Shown: positions 9,825-20,132 of the stretch, piece after piece
Layout: each line of letters opens with the position of its first letter
How positions within the stretch are numbered: position 1 is the stretch's first letter
Assembly (NCBI GenBank): GCA_043739185.1
Contig: JAYUEN010000252.1
Coordinates: 1 to 42,058 of the forward strand
Direction: 5' to 3'
From: Bdellovibrionales bacterium
GTDB taxonomy: Bacteria; Bdellovibrionota; Bdellovibrionia; Bdellovibrionales; JAMPXM01
DNA: 42,058 nt
Notes under the pieces: model-generated
Databases searched by the model: none
What the model saw: only the letters and a program-made list of their open reading frames with translations
Told to the model about the DNA's origin: nothing
Translations under genes and position numbers: made by a program

Positions 9825-11801
9825 TTACTGGGGATTGGCAGTCTTGCCTTCGCCCTCGAGTTTAGAGGTTTGGGCCATTTCTTCTGGAATATAATATTTT
9901 TGATGCATATAAAGATCGTCAGCGGCGGCAAACAGTGCAATTCCGTCGTCGGCAACTTCTTTGGCCTCTGCGGTGAGATTTTTTTCTGGATCAAAATCGC
10001 GAGTTTCAGGATTAAATTTGTAAAACTCGAGAGTTTTATTAATTCCAAAAACGGCGAGCCATGAATTTTTGAAAATTCCGATGTCGCGATTGTGATTGAT
10101 GAGAACGCGCCCGTCTTTTGGATCTCCATGCAAAAGGTCGCGGCCAAAAAACAAAGATTTATAGGGTCGGTTCAGGAGGCCCATGATGGTCGGCGCGACA
10201 TCAAGTGAGCAGCCTAGGGTTGCAACTTTCATGGGAGTAACCACATCCGGAGGACCCAAGATAACCAGTGGAATTTCATAGGAGTGAGCGGGAATCTTTT
10301 GGCTGCCGTAAACCCGCGCTCCATGGTCTGCGATCACCAAAAAAATTGTATTTTTATAAAATTCCTCTTTTTTGGCGAGACGAAAAAACTCACCAAGCGA
10401 CCAATCTGAGTATTTGACCGCGTAATCGCGGCGCTCAAGATCAGGATTTTCTGCAATTCTTCCTTTCGGGAAGGTATAAGGCTTGTGATTTGAAACCGAC
10501 AAAAAAGTCGCAAAGAAAGGTTTGTTTTTGCGATGGAGCTCTCGTAAGTGCTTCACTCCATAGTAAAAGAGATCTTCGTCGGCAACACCCCATACAGTTG
10601 TAAAGCTTGGGTTTTCAAAATCTTTTTGTTCGATAAACTCATCATAACCATTGCGAACGACAAAAGATCGCATGCCATCAAACATTCCACGTCCACCGTA
10701 AAGAAACGAGGTTGTGTAACCATCGCGCTTTAATACTCGTGCAAGCGTTTCAATATGATCTGACAGATGCCGCTTCACTATTGAATCTCCCGGCAGCGGA
10801 GGAAAGGATGCCAAAACCCCTTCCATGCCGCGTACCGTGCGATTACCTGATGCGTATAAATTCGTAAACAGAATGCCTTCTTTACTTAAGGCGTCCATTT
10901 CAGGAGTTAGGCCATCTTTATTTCCGAGGACTCCCCAAAACTCAGAGCCAAAGCTCTCCTCAAGCATGAGGACGACATTGAGCTTCTTTCTTTGCGCGTC
11001 TCCGATGAACTCCCGGAGTGTTGACTGTGAGTCTGAAAGTTGCGATGTGCTTTCTTTTAAAACTTCCCGTGCGCGAGGATACATTTTGTTTTGTTCTGGA
11101 ACAGGGTAGAACGCGTCGTAATCTAATTGTCGGGTGGTGGCCGCAAAAACCAAGGAGTAAAGGCCGTTATTTGAGATCTCGTCGATATTGCGATCACCAC
11201 TGAAACGCGTGGTCGCATTTTGAACGGTCGAAGTAAACAAAGCAAAGAAGAACATGATGATCAAAAAGGGCAGGGCCCGTGAGGAGAATTGGCTTTTCGC
11301 AATGATGGTTCGATTCAGAGATTTACGAATCAAAAAGCTGCAGCTAAAGGCCAAGATTCCGCAGAACAAAGTGGCGGGAATGACCGGATAACTCTGCCAG
11401 ATATTGACGAAAACCTCATAGGGATAAAGAATATAATCAACAGCTACAGTATTGAAACGCGAATGAAACTCTTCAAAGAAGAAATACTCCGCAAACCAAT
11501 TGAAAATTTGCGCGAAGAAAAACAAACTACAACAAGAGATAAAGAATGTTTTGTGCCACTTTTTCTCAATAAGGCTTTGGGGAATAAAGAGGAGCCATAA
11601 AAGAAAGGGTAGCAGAATCCAAGAATTTGCGGCCAAATCCATTCTGAGGCCGGTCAGGAGGACCTTTGCGACCACCGACATCTTCAACATTTGACTAGAG
11701 GCGAAAGAGTATAAAAGCGAACTACGAACTAAAAACTCACCGACCAAGAGAATAAGCATTATAAAAAAGGCTGGTCGGTAGCGATGCCATGAGAATTTCA
11801 A
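9825..11801 (-). CDS. LTA synthase family / sulfatase-fold membrane phosphoglycerol-transferase-like protein
   Basis: About 5 N-terminal TM helices, then an alkaline-phosphatase-fold domain: MLEESF, GNRTVRG (Thr nucleophile), SNHKPY, YSDWSLG, ADHG, DVAPT. AGGAG RBS before the TTG start. Confidence 0.9.
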   Translation of the reverse strand: MKFSWHRYRPAFFIMLILLVGEFLVRSSLLYSFASSQMLKMSVVAKVLLTGLRMDLAANSWILLPFLLWLLFIPQSLIEKKWHKTFFISCCSLFFFAQIFNWFAEYFFFEEFHSRFNTVAVDYILYPYEVFVNIWQSYPVIPATLFCGILAFSCSFLIRKSLNRTIIAKSQFSSRALPFLIIMFFFALFTSTVQNATTRFSGDRNIDEISNNGLYSLVFAATTRQLDYDAFYPVPEQNKMYPRAREVLKESTSQLSDSQSTLREFIGDAQRKKLNVVLMLEESFGSEFWGVLGNKDGLTPEMDALSKEGILFTNLYASGNRTVRGMEGVLASFPPLPGDSIVKRHLSDHIETLARVLKRDGYTTSFLYGGRGMFDGMRSFVVRNGYDEFIEQKDFENPSFTTVWGVADEDLFYYGVKHLRELHRKNKPFFATFLSVSNHKPYTFPKGRIAENPDLERRDYAVKYSDWSLGEFFRLAKKEEFYKNTIFLVIADHGARVYGSQKIPAHSYEIPLVILGPPDVVTPMKVATLGCSLDVAPTIMGLLNRPYKSLFFGRDLLHGDPKDGRVLINHNRDIGIFKNSWLAVFGINKTLEFYKFNPETRDFDPEKNLTAEAKEVADDGIALFAAADDLYMHQKYYIPEEMAQTSKLEGEGKTANPQ

Positions 11802-11840
11802 AATGAGCTCCTGGGGGTCCTTAGATCTAAATTAATTCGG

Positions 11841-11869
11841 AGATTAGTGAAGCCAAGGGCAATTGTAAA
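11841..11869 (-). promoter_or_regulatory. Putative sigma70 promoter of the LTA-synthase-family gene
   Basis: Minus strand TTTACA-N17-TAATCT. Confidence 0.45.
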
Positions 11870-11911
11870 GACACCCTCAGCAATTTTTAAAAGACACCTT
11901 GGTTTTTTGAA

Positions 11912-11939
11912 TTGATTTCTTTAAGAACTTTCCTATAAT
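11912..11939 (+). promoter_or_regulatory. Putative sigma70 promoter of the phospholipase C gene
   Basis: TTGATT-N16-TATAAT, about 40 bp upstream of ATG 11981. Confidence 0.5.
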
Positions 11940-11980
11940 CCGCGTCGTTGCAATTCGCAATTTTTCAAAAGGGGCAGTTT

Positions 11981-13273
11981 ATGATATTGAGCGAAGAAAT
12001 TAAGCACTTGATGTTAGTGGGCCTTATTTCAATTTTAGGTGTCAATGCCAATGCGGAGGACTGCCTTCGTATTGCAGGAACTTTGCCGAAGTTTGAATTG
12101 CGAGCAGGAACCGAGGACACGAGCATACCAATAGAGCATACAATTGTGGTCATGCAAGAAAACCATTCCTTTGATCACTATTTCGGAAAACTGTCCCAAG
12201 AGAATTTTTACGGTCGCGAAGTCGATGGACTGACATCTGAAATGAAGAATTTAGATTCAAAAGGTCAAATTGTACGACCCCACCACGAACCATCACTCTG
12301 TACTGCAAGTCCGAAGCATGATTGGGACACCATGCACAGAGATTGGAACTTCGGCAAGAATGATCAATTTGTGATTAATTCTGGAGTTGGCGCCATCGGC
12401 TTTTATGATCAAAGTGACCTTAATTTCTATTATGAGTTGGCGAATCGATTTGCGATTTCAGATCGCTATTTCTCATCGGCAATGACCAATACCTTTCCCA
12501 ATCGATTTTATCTCATGACCGGGACCTCTTTCGGCCACATTAAAAATGACCTGCCGATAAAGACCCTCGGCTACGATCAAAAAACAATTTTTGAAGTTCT
12601 CAATAATTATGGGATCAGCTGGAAGTACTATCGCAATGGCCTGGGCTACCTCTATCTCTTTACAAATTTTTATTTCAAGAATCTAAATCATGTTGCCACG
12701 GTTGCTGATTTTGCCAAAGATCTGAAGTCAGGAAATCTCCCGCAAGTGGTATTTATTGATTCAGATATGGACGGACAAGACGAACATCCGTCAGGAAATG
12801 TACAAACCGGTCAGTTGTTTGTTGCCGAAAGAGTTTCTGAACTCATGAGCAGCTCTTACTGGAAGAAATCGGTGATGTTTCTCGCTTACGATGAAGGTGG
12901 AGGATTCTTTGATCATGTATCTCCGCCAAAAGCATGTAAGCCCGACGGCATCGAGCCTAATTTGACGCCAAAAGATGAGATGAAAGCAAGTTTTGATCAA
13001 TATGGCTTTCGCGTGCCTTTTGTAACGGTTTCGCCTTTTGCAAAACCTCACTATGTATCCCATATCACCCATGATCATACTTCGATTTTAAAATTCATAG
13101 AGACGAAATACAATTTGCCTGCGCTGACAGCAAGAGATGCAAATGCCGATAATCTTATGGACCTATTTGACTTCAACCATCCGCACTATGAAGCCAAGCT
13201 GCCGGCACCCAATGTATTTGCAGTTAACTGTAAGAAATTTGTTCGCAGAAGTAAGGGTGGGTTTGCTCCTTAG
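11981..13273 (+). CDS. Phospholipase C / phosphoesterase (PlcH/AcpA family), secreted
   Basis: IEHTIVVMQENHSFDHYFG, TFPNRFYL, DEHP, YDEGGGFFDHV, GFRVP, DHTSILKFIE. Sec-type signal peptide. Confidence 0.92.
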   Translation: MILSEEIKHLMLVGLISILGVNANAEDCLRIAGTLPKFELRAGTEDTSIPIEHTIVVMQENHSFDHYFGKLSQENFYGREVDGLTSEMKNLDSKGQIVRPHHEPSLCTASPKHDWDTMHRDWNFGKNDQFVINSGVGAIGFYDQSDLNFYYELANRFAISDRYFSSAMTNTFPNRFYLMTGTSFGHIKNDLPIKTLGYDQKTIFEVLNNYGISWKYYRNGLGYLYLFTNFYFKNLNHVATVADFAKDLKSGNLPQVVFIDSDMDGQDEHPSGNVQTGQLFVAERVSELMSSSYWKKSVMFLAYDEGGGFFDHVSPPKACKPDGIEPNLTPKDEMKASFDQYGFRVPFVTVSPFAKPHYVSHITHDHTSILKFIETKYNLPALTARDANADNLMDLFDFNHPHYEAKLPAPNVFAVNCKKFVRRSKGGFAP

Positions 13274-13301
13274 AGCTATTTTCAGGGCTCAATTCAAAAA
13301 C

Positions 13302-14888
13302 CTACAAAAGCAGCTGAATCTTAAAGACTTTGCTGACGCTTAAGATGAACTTTTGAAAATCAAAAAACACCGGATTTTGTTGTATGATGTTTAGCCAAGC
13401 CGGGCTACCCCATTCAACAGAATAGCGGTCAATTTCAGCGATTGCTTTGCCGATTTCTAAATGCCCTTGGGGAGAATTCATCCAGGCTCCAACTTCAGAG
13501 TTGAGGCGAATAGAGCGGAAGTCAAAATTGTGCGAACCAATCCAAAACTCATCATCGACTCGAACCGCTTTCATATGAAAATAATTGGGCAGTAAGTCTG
13601 CTTTCGAATCGCCGACAAAAACTTTGATCTTAAGGCGTTCTCCGATCAGGGGATTGGTTTTGAGGGCCGCTAGCTTTGGCCCGACAAATTCTTCAAATAT
13701 GGCGCTGGCAGTACGATGATCGATGGTCGTAAAACTATTGATATACAAATGAAACTCGAGATCGGGTTTCTTCAAAAGCAATCTTTCAATTTTGCGAATA
13801 TCCGTATCACCAATCAAAAAATACGGCGATACAATTTCGATGCGCTTTTGCGCTCTCAGCATTCGTTTAGAAAGGCTTCGTACTACGGTTTTTTCATTGA
13901 GTCGTTTTCCCCAGCGAAACCATTTCATAGTGAAAACATTGGTTTTTCGAATGAGATTTGGGAGCTCATGCACCAATTCAAAGTCACTTGGTGTGAGTTG
14001 CGTATTTAAAAAATTCTCTTGAGCCATCTGTTGAATATTTTTTTCGAGATCCATCACTTTATCGGCATTAGCACTTGCGCTTACATAGTTCTGTTGCATA
14101 CGCGCACCAGAAAAATCAAATATATTTGGACTGCGATCCCAGAGTTGATGATTGCCAATGAATTCATATAAAGACTCAAAATAATTTTCGATTTCTTGAT
14201 CGGCGTCAATCGTTCCCGCACCACGAATCGGGCGAACAATCGCTTCAATTTCTTTGGTGGTGTCCTTTTCGCTGCTGCCAAGCCCAGTTGAATCATTGGT
14301 CATATTGGCGCTGCCAAAGATCGCAAAGGCCTCGGGAGTGCCCGAATCAATCAAGACGATTTTATCATGGACACGGCTATTCAATGAACTGAACCAATTG
14401 CGAAAACTTGTTTCTCCACGAAGTAAACTCATGAATCTCGCAAAAGCAGGCTTTGGATGAAAGGTTAAATTGGCGAGTTTTACTTCAGGCCGAACTCCCG
14501 TAAATGTATTCAACAGATGTTCAAGTTCATGATGACTAAAACTGAAAGAGCCCAAAGCGTCTACCAAAAGCCGAACGCGCACTCCTCGAGCGGCTGCTTT
14601 TTGAAGTTCGTGCAAGTAAAGGTATCCGGTTTCGTCTTTAAAAAGTTGGTAAACGGTAATATCAATAGATTTTTGGGCTTGTCGAATTGCCAGAATTTTT
14701 GCGCTGAGAGCTTCTTTCGGACCCTTCAAAACTTTCATTGAGACGCGATGACTTTCAATTATATCTTCGCTGACAGAAGCTGTATCAAGCGATCGCAGCT
14801 CGGTTTGAAATAGGTCCCTGCACATATCTTGGGACCAAGAGACCGAGCAGCTCAGAAATAAAATAAGAGTCAAAAAACAAAGGCGCAT
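13302..14888 (-). CDS. Phospholipase D family protein (two HKD motifs, ClsC-like), secreted
   Basis: HDKIVLID..GSAN and HMKAVRVD..GSHNFDFRS; AAARGVRVRLLVDALG. The ATG at 14888 begins a signal peptide. Confidence 0.9.
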   Translation of the reverse strand: MRLCFLTLILFLSCSVSWSQDMCRDLFQTELRSLDTASVSEDIIESHRVSMKVLKGPKEALSAKILAIRQAQKSIDITVYQLFKDETGYLYLHELQKAAARGVRVRLLVDALGSFSFSHHELEHLLNTFTGVRPEVKLANLTFHPKPAFARFMSLLRGETSFRNWFSSLNSRVHDKIVLIDSGTPEAFAIFGSANMTNDSTGLGSSEKDTTKEIEAIVRPIRGAGTIDADQEIENYFESLYEFIGNHQLWDRSPNIFDFSGARMQQNYVSASANADKVMDLEKNIQQMAQENFLNTQLTPSDFELVHELPNLIRKTNVFTMKWFRWGKRLNEKTVVRSLSKRMLRAQKRIEIVSPYFLIGDTDIRKIERLLLKKPDLEFHLYINSFTTIDHRTASAIFEEFVGPKLAALKTNPLIGERLKIKVFVGDSKADLLPNYFHMKAVRVDDEFWIGSHNFDFRSIRLNSEVGAWMNSPQGHLEIGKAIAEIDRYSVEWGSPAWLNIIQQNPVFFDFQKFILSVSKVFKIQLLL

Positions 14889-14899
14889 GCGGTTCTGTG

Positions 14900-14915
14900 A
14901 GCAAGCTATATGCCC
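14900..14915 (-). promoter_or_regulatory. Putative sigma54 -24/-12 promoter of the PLD gene
   Basis: Minus strand GGGCATATAGCTTGCT (GG-N10-GC). Confidence 0.45.
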
Positions 14916-15111
14916 CTCTAAAAGCTGTATATTTTTCACTTTTTCGTGTTTCAACAGTGATTTAGGTGATTTGATCCAAATTGTAAAAAATGACCATGAA
15001 TTTAAGAAAAACCCATAAGCGAAATTGGGCGCTTCCGCCCCAGCCCGCCCAGTTCAAATTTACAATTTGCCTCAACTCAAGTCTCAAAATAATTAAACAG
15101 GGATCTCAGGC

Positions 15112-15127
15112 TGGAAGGGGCCTTGCA
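15112..15127 (+). promoter_or_regulatory. Putative sigma54 promoter of the stress-protein gene
   Basis: TGGAAGGGGCCTTGCA (GG-N10-GC), about 60 bp upstream of ATG 15186. Confidence 0.5.
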
Positions 15128-15185
15128 GTAGTTCTCCCACTGAAGAGAAGGTGCGCGAAATTTTTTTAAGAAAAAGGAGATTTTT

Positions 15186-15785
15186 ATGGAAAATGACAAA
15201 GCAATATTTGGAGTATTTAAAAACCGTCTCAATGCTGATAAAGCCGTTGAATCGCTAAAGATGGATGGATTCGTGAACTCTGAGATTTCGGTTTTACTGC
15301 CCAACCATTCTGGTTCTGTTTATGACTCGATTTCGGAAAGCACAAAGGCACCTGAAGGTGCTGCAACTGGTGCAAGCGCGGGCGCAGTTATTGGTGGCGC
15401 GATTGGATTGCTCGCTGGAGTTGGAGCTTTGGCCATTCCCGGTGTCGGACCCTTCATTGCTGCCGGTCCCATCATGGCGGCACTTGCTGGAATTGGAATG
15501 GGTGGAGTTGTAGGAGGCGTGAGTGGTGCACTCATTGGCTTGGGAGTTCCCGAGTTTGAAGCGAAACGCTATGAGGATTATGTCAAAAATGGTGGCATTC
15601 TTTTGTCTGTTCACACAGATTTTACGGGAGTTGAAAAAGCCAAACGAAATCTTGAGGCCAATGGCGCAATTGATATCGCCGTAACTCCTGAGTCTGCAGC
15701 TGAATGGAAAAATTTAAACCCTCAAATGAAAAGAATGGATGAGATGAAAAAAGCCACCGTGGATACTTATCGTCCGATTATTTAA
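15186..15785 (+). CDS. Glycine-zipper membrane protein (general stress protein 17M/YflT-like)
   Basis: TKAPEGAATGA..GALAIPGVGPFIAAGP..GLGVPEFEAKRYE..GGILLSVH. AAGGAG RBS. Confidence 0.85.
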   Translation: MENDKAIFGVFKNRLNADKAVESLKMDGFVNSEISVLLPNHSGSVYDSISESTKAPEGAATGASAGAVIGGAIGLLAGVGALAIPGVGPFIAAGPIMAALAGIGMGGVVGGVSGALIGLGVPEFEAKRYEDYVKNGGILLSVHTDFTGVEKAKRNLEANGAIDIAVTPESAAEWKNLNPQMKRMDEMKKATVDTYRPII

Positions 15786-15850
15786 AGTTCATATTTCCTA
15801 GCTTTTTGTCTAGGTGTCATAGGTCTTCAATCGCGTTAAGATGAAGGCCT

Positions 15851-16546
15851 ATGAATTTGCAAAAATATTTTGAAAAGCGAAAAGTTTTTTTAGCGAGCGC
15901 TCAGCAATTTCGAGAAATTTGTTTGGAATGTCGACAGCCGAGTTTCAATTGCTACTGTGCCCATATCAAGAGTTTTGATCCCGAGGTAAAATTCGTAATT
16001 CTCACTCACCCCATTGAAGCGCGCCGAAGAATTGCCACTGGTCGCATGTCTCACCTGTGTCTGAAAAACTCAGAGTTGATAGTAGGTCATGATTATTCTC
16101 GAAACCAAAAAGTAAATTCTATTTTAGAAAATCCAGAAATTCATTCGGTGATTCTCTATCCAGGACGCAAGTCTCTAAACATTTCAAGTTGGACTGAAGA
16201 TGAGCGCCAGCAGCTCATTCCCACTGAAAAGAAATTGGCTATTTTTGTAATCGATGGGACCTGGAATACCGCTCGCAAAATGCTTCATCTCAGTGCCAAC
16301 CTTAAAAGTCTGCCGCAAATATGTTTCACTCCAACAAGGCTTTCGACTTTTCGTGTCCGTAAACAGCCAGCACCAGAATGTGTTTCAACCATTGAGGCAA
16401 TTCATCAATGTATCGAGCTTTTGGGTGCGAAAAATCGTCAGCACGATCATTTACTTGAAGTCTTTGATCAATTGGTTGAGCAGCAATTGGTATTTGTTGA
16501 GCGCGCCAATTCCCGCCATAGCAAGCGCGCGCGCAGATCGGCCTAA
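15851..16546 (+). CDS. tapT: DTW-domain tRNA-uridine aminocarboxypropyltransferase
   Basis: N-terminal CxxC..CxC, HPIE, TGR, LYPG, IDGTW, STIEA. Confidence 0.88.
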   Translation: MNLQKYFEKRKVFLASAQQFREICLECRQPSFNCYCAHIKSFDPEVKFVILTHPIEARRRIATGRMSHLCLKNSELIVGHDYSRNQKVNSILENPEIHSVILYPGRKSLNISSWTEDERQQLIPTEKKLAIFVIDGTWNTARKMLHLSANLKSLPQICFTPTRLSTFRVRKQPAPECVSTIEAIHQCIELLGAKNRQHDHLLEVFDQLVEQQLVFVERANSRHSKRARRSA

Positions 16547-16551
16547 TTGCC

Positions 16552-17019
16552 ATGCTTGATATTTTTATTGATGCCGACGGCTGCCCGGTTAAAGAAGAAG
16601 TTTACAAAGTGGCCGGGCGCTACCAATTGCGGGTGGTGCTCGTCGCCAATAAGCGTTTGCAAATCCCGCTGGATTCACGCATCGAAATGCAAGTTGTCGG
16701 CGGTGGATTTGATGCCGCCGATGATTGGATTGTAGAGAATTCAAAAGCCCGCGATATCTTGATCACCTCAGACATTTTGCTCGCAGACCGCTGTATAAAA
16801 AAGCAAGTGCGTGTTCTGAGCCCAAAAGGAAAAGAATGGACTGAAGACAGTATCGGCTCAGCTATCGCTGGGCGCGAACTCATGACGAATCTGCGACATA
16901 TGGGCGAAATGAAGGGTGGCCCCTCAGCCATGGAAAAGAAAGACCGATCGCAATTTTTAGCGACTTTGGATCAAGTCATTCATTCAATAAAAAAATTTCG
17001 TGGACAAAACTTGACATAA
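16552..17019 (+). CDS. yaiI: YaiI/YqxD family protein (DUF188)
   Basis: [27 protein letters not shown]. Confidence 0.92.
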   Translation: MLDIFIDADGCPVKEEVYKVAGRYQLRVVLVANKRLQIPLDSRIEMQVVGGGFDAADDWIVENSKARDILITSDILLADRCIKKQVRVLSPKGKEWTEDSIGSAIAGRELMTNLRHMGEMKGGPSAMEKKDRSQFLATLDQVIHSIKKFRGQNLT

Positions 17020-17047
17020 AGCCAATCTGGCCAATAAGTTTCGACGC

Positions 17048-18565
17048 ATGTCTGAAATTCCTCATTTAATTGCAGCTCTAGAAAAGCTTTCTACCGATCC
17101 GAAACTCTTGGCTGAGCTCAGTCACGAACATCGTAACGCTTTGTTAAAGGCGGCGGGTTTACTTTCTCGACCGGATAAAAATGAAATTCGCAAGCGCCAA
17201 AAAGCTGCTATGTCAGGGCGGCGAAAGGCAATTAGCTTGCAAGATCGCAAGGCGCGGGCGAGCACCGGAATTCGTGAGGCAAGATTGTCGAGTGTATTTC
17301 AAGCTCCAGTTAAGATTTCTGGGCAAATTTCTTCTGGCCAAGAAAAAGTTCAGTATTTGAATTCTCCGCGAAATTGTTATGTTTGTAAGGCCGAGTTTTT
17401 GAAGCTGCATTTTTTTTACGATTCAATGTGTCCTGACTGTGCCGACTTCAATTACGAAAAGCGTTTTCAATTGGCCGATTTGACAGGGCAAGTAGCCCTC
17501 ATCACTGGGGCTCGTCTCAAAATCGGATATCATGCCGCCATTATGATGTTGAAGTCAGGAGCTCGGGTGATCGTCACCACTCGCTTTCCGGTCGACGCGG
17601 CATTGAGATTTGCGCGCGAACCAGATTTTGCCAAGTGGGGAGATCGGCTGCAAATTCATGGTTTGGATTTGCGACATACTCCAAGTGTTGAAATTTTTTG
17701 TCGCTATATTGAAAAGACCGTAGATCGCCTCGACATTTTAATAAATAATGCCGCCCAAACGGTGAGGCGACCTCCGGGTTTTTATTCACACCTTTTAGAA
17801 AATGAAAAATCAGAGTTTCAAAGCTTACCAGGCCGAGCTCAGCAAATATTGAAAGCAAGTCAGGAATGTCGTTCCGAACTCAATGCGCTTTGCTCGCAGA
17901 CTGGGAGTGGTGAGTCTGCTGCACTTGTGAGTTGGCACGGCCAGGGCCCCGGCATCGGCCTAAGGGCTTCTGCACAACTATCGCAAATTCCCTATTCTTA
18001 TGATCACTCACTGGCAGTTGAAGAGGTTTTTCCTCGCGGAAAATTAGACGCGGATCTTCAGCAAGTCGATTTGCGTGCGACCAATTCTTGGCGTTTAAAA
18101 CTTGCCGAAGTCCCAGCACCCGAAATGCTCGAAGTTCAACTCGTCAATTCGGTCGCACCCTTTGTGCTTTGCAGTCAGCTGGCACCACTGATGAGGCGTG
18201 ACTATACCGGGAAAAAGCACATCGTAAATGTCACGGCGATGGAGGGAAAATTTTATCGCTTTACCAAAACAGATCGGCATCCTCATACGAATATGGCAAA
18301 AGCGGCACTGAATATGCTCACCCATACCTCTGCAAGTGATTTGGCTAAAGACGGCATCTTTATGAATGCTGTTGATACCGGCTGGGTTACAGATGAGGAT
18401 CCTGCCACACTTGCCAATCTTAAAACCCAGATTCATGATTTTCAGCCTCCGCTTGATATCGTCGACGGAGCCGCTCGCGTCTGTGACCCCTTTATTGACG
18501 GAATTTTGACCGGCAAACATTGGTGCGGAAAATTTTTGAAGGACTATAAGCCTACGGATTGGTAG
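17048..18565 (+). CDS. Atypical SDR oxidoreductase with N-terminal CxxC/CxxC region
   Basis: [37 protein letters not shown]. Confidence 0.88.
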   Translation: MSEIPHLIAALEKLSTDPKLLAELSHEHRNALLKAAGLLSRPDKNEIRKRQKAAMSGRRKAISLQDRKARASTGIREARLSSVFQAPVKISGQISSGQEKVQYLNSPRNCYVCKAEFLKLHFFYDSMCPDCADFNYEKRFQLADLTGQVALITGARLKIGYHAAIMMLKSGARVIVTTRFPVDAALRFAREPDFAKWGDRLQIHGLDLRHTPSVEIFCRYIEKTVDRLDILINNAAQTVRRPPGFYSHLLENEKSEFQSLPGRAQQILKASQECRSELNALCSQTGSGESAALVSWHGQGPGIGLRASAQLSQIPYSYDHSLAVEEVFPRGKLDADLQQVDLRATNSWRLKLAEVPAPEMLEVQLVNSVAPFVLCSQLAPLMRRDYTGKKHIVNVTAMEGKFYRFTKTDRHPHTNMAKAALNMLTHTSASDLAKDGIFMNAVDTGWVTDEDPATLANLKTQIHDFQPPLDIVDGAARVCDPFIDGILTGKHWCGKFLKDYKPTDW

Positions 18566-18664
18566 TTTAGGGCGCCCCTCTGAATAAAAACAACTTGGTA
18601 GGTTGTATATTTTCAGAGGAGGTATACTAAGGGGGCAACACCCTCTTTATAGGAACCGATTCAA

Positions 18665-19912
18665 ATGCAAATCAGAAAGCTCTTGATAGTACTCATTTTG
18701 ACTCTGGTCGGACCGAATCTCCTGGCCAATGTTTGGCAAACCAAAAGACCTTGGGATGCGAATGTCGAAAAGGACTTTGCGATATGGGTTCAAACTCATT
18801 GGAGTGAGGATATCTTCATTTCTCCCTTGAGTCCTTATCGCGGAATTGAAACCGATTGTGCGCAGGCGACTTATGCCATGCGAATTATTTTTTTATATGA
18901 AAATGCTTTGCCGCTCAAATTTCGCAATCATAATTTGCCGAATTCATTTATCACAAATGAAATGACGAACTGGGATTCGATTGCAGATTCAAACCAAAGA
19001 CTGAGAGCTTTTCTAAAATTTGTTTTTTCAAATACGAGCACCCGTACTCTAGGGCTAGATAGCTATCCGGTAAGTGTTACGCCTGAAGAAATTACTTCCG
19101 GCGCGATTTATGTCGATCCCGGAAATCATTCGGTTCAAGTAATTGAGTTAACTCCGCAGGGGATCCCTGTCATTCAATTTTCGACCACGCCTTCCTCGGT
19201 GCGGTTCTTGACGAGATTGGTGTCGTTTCCAGAAATGATTCCGGGACAAGCCAAGACGAATCGAGATGATGGCTTTCGAAGATTTAAGAGTCCAGATCAA
19301 GTGTCAATGTCCTTGCAGACGATCGCCGGCTACAGTCTTGAGCAATTTAGCCTGGCAGGTGAAGCCATGGGAGATTGGACAGAATATACCAAAATTTTCA
19401 CCCGGCATTTGGCGCGAGCTTCAGTGTCTATCAATTCCCAAGCGCAACAGATGATTGAAAATATTTGCCGCGCAGCTAGAGATCGAGTGAGGGCGGTTCG
19501 GGACGCAATGATTGTGCTCGCGCGCAATAGTGCGAAGAATGTAAAATGTTTAAATGAAGCGGACTACTATAATACTTCAACTCCGGATCGAGATAAGGTC
19601 TTGCGTGAATATTTTATTCAGCTCAAAAATTTGACGCTTGAATCCGTTTGGGCTCAAGCGGATACCAATGATTTTAGCCACCAATATGCAAATGTCATTG
19701 TTGGCAGTACGAATGCCTCGATGGAGGTGAACTCCCAAATGTCGCATCATTGTGATTTGAAGGAGATGGGAATTGGCGGGCCAGAGCGCAGCTATCTCTT
19801 GTCTGAACTCTATCAAAAGTCATGGGGAAATTATTTAGTATCCGATCCGAATGCAAGTCTTGAGCAGCGTTGGGGCGTCGCAAGCTATGTGCCGGTCTGC
19901 AAGCAGTATTAG
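18665..19912 (+). CDS. Secreted hypothetical protein
   Basis: 415-aa ORF with signal peptide. DCA and H (GNHSV) could be catalytic residues. Confidence 0.75.
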   Translation: MQIRKLLIVLILTLVGPNLLANVWQTKRPWDANVEKDFAIWVQTHWSEDIFISPLSPYRGIETDCAQATYAMRIIFLYENALPLKFRNHNLPNSFITNEMTNWDSIADSNQRLRAFLKFVFSNTSTRTLGLDSYPVSVTPEEITSGAIYVDPGNHSVQVIELTPQGIPVIQFSTTPSSVRFLTRLVSFPEMIPGQAKTNRDDGFRRFKSPDQVSMSLQTIAGYSLEQFSLAGEAMGDWTEYTKIFTRHLARASVSINSQAQQMIENICRAARDRVRAVRDAMIVLARNSAKNVKCLNEADYYNTSTPDRDKVLREYFIQLKNLTLESVWAQADTNDFSHQYANVIVGSTNASMEVNSQMSHHCDLKEMGIGGPERSYLLSELYQKSWGNYLVSDPNASLEQRWGVASYVPVCKQY

Positions 19913-19950
19913 CTTTACATTGTACGAGCTTAACTCATAGTATCTCAGCG

Positions 19951-20130
19951 ATGCCATTTTCCTCATTAACTGAAATTTTTATTCTTGCGGTGGTCTTTTT
20001 GGGAGTGTGCTTTTTACTGAAGCCTATGCAGAAACGTTTAGAGAAAATGCTGAGAAAAATTTTTAAAGATGAGCCGCGTGAGATAATAGATGTGACTCCA
20101 AAATCCAACAAAAAAGAAAGCCAAAAGTAA
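19951..20130 (+). CDS. Small single-pass membrane protein, first gene of the SPFH operon
   Basis: MPFSSLTEIFILAVVFLGVCFLLKP..EIIDVTP. Stop codon lies 2 nt before the SPFH ATG. Confidence 0.65.
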   Translation: MPFSSLTEIFILAVVFLGVCFLLKPMQKRLEKMLRKIFKDEPREIIDVTPKSNKKESQK

Positions 20131-20132
20131 TT

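Noticed and set aside
18578..18619. Long inverted repeat CCTCTGAA..TTCAGAGG after the SDR gene
   Set aside because: Probably an ordinary 3' hairpin or operator; no further evidence.
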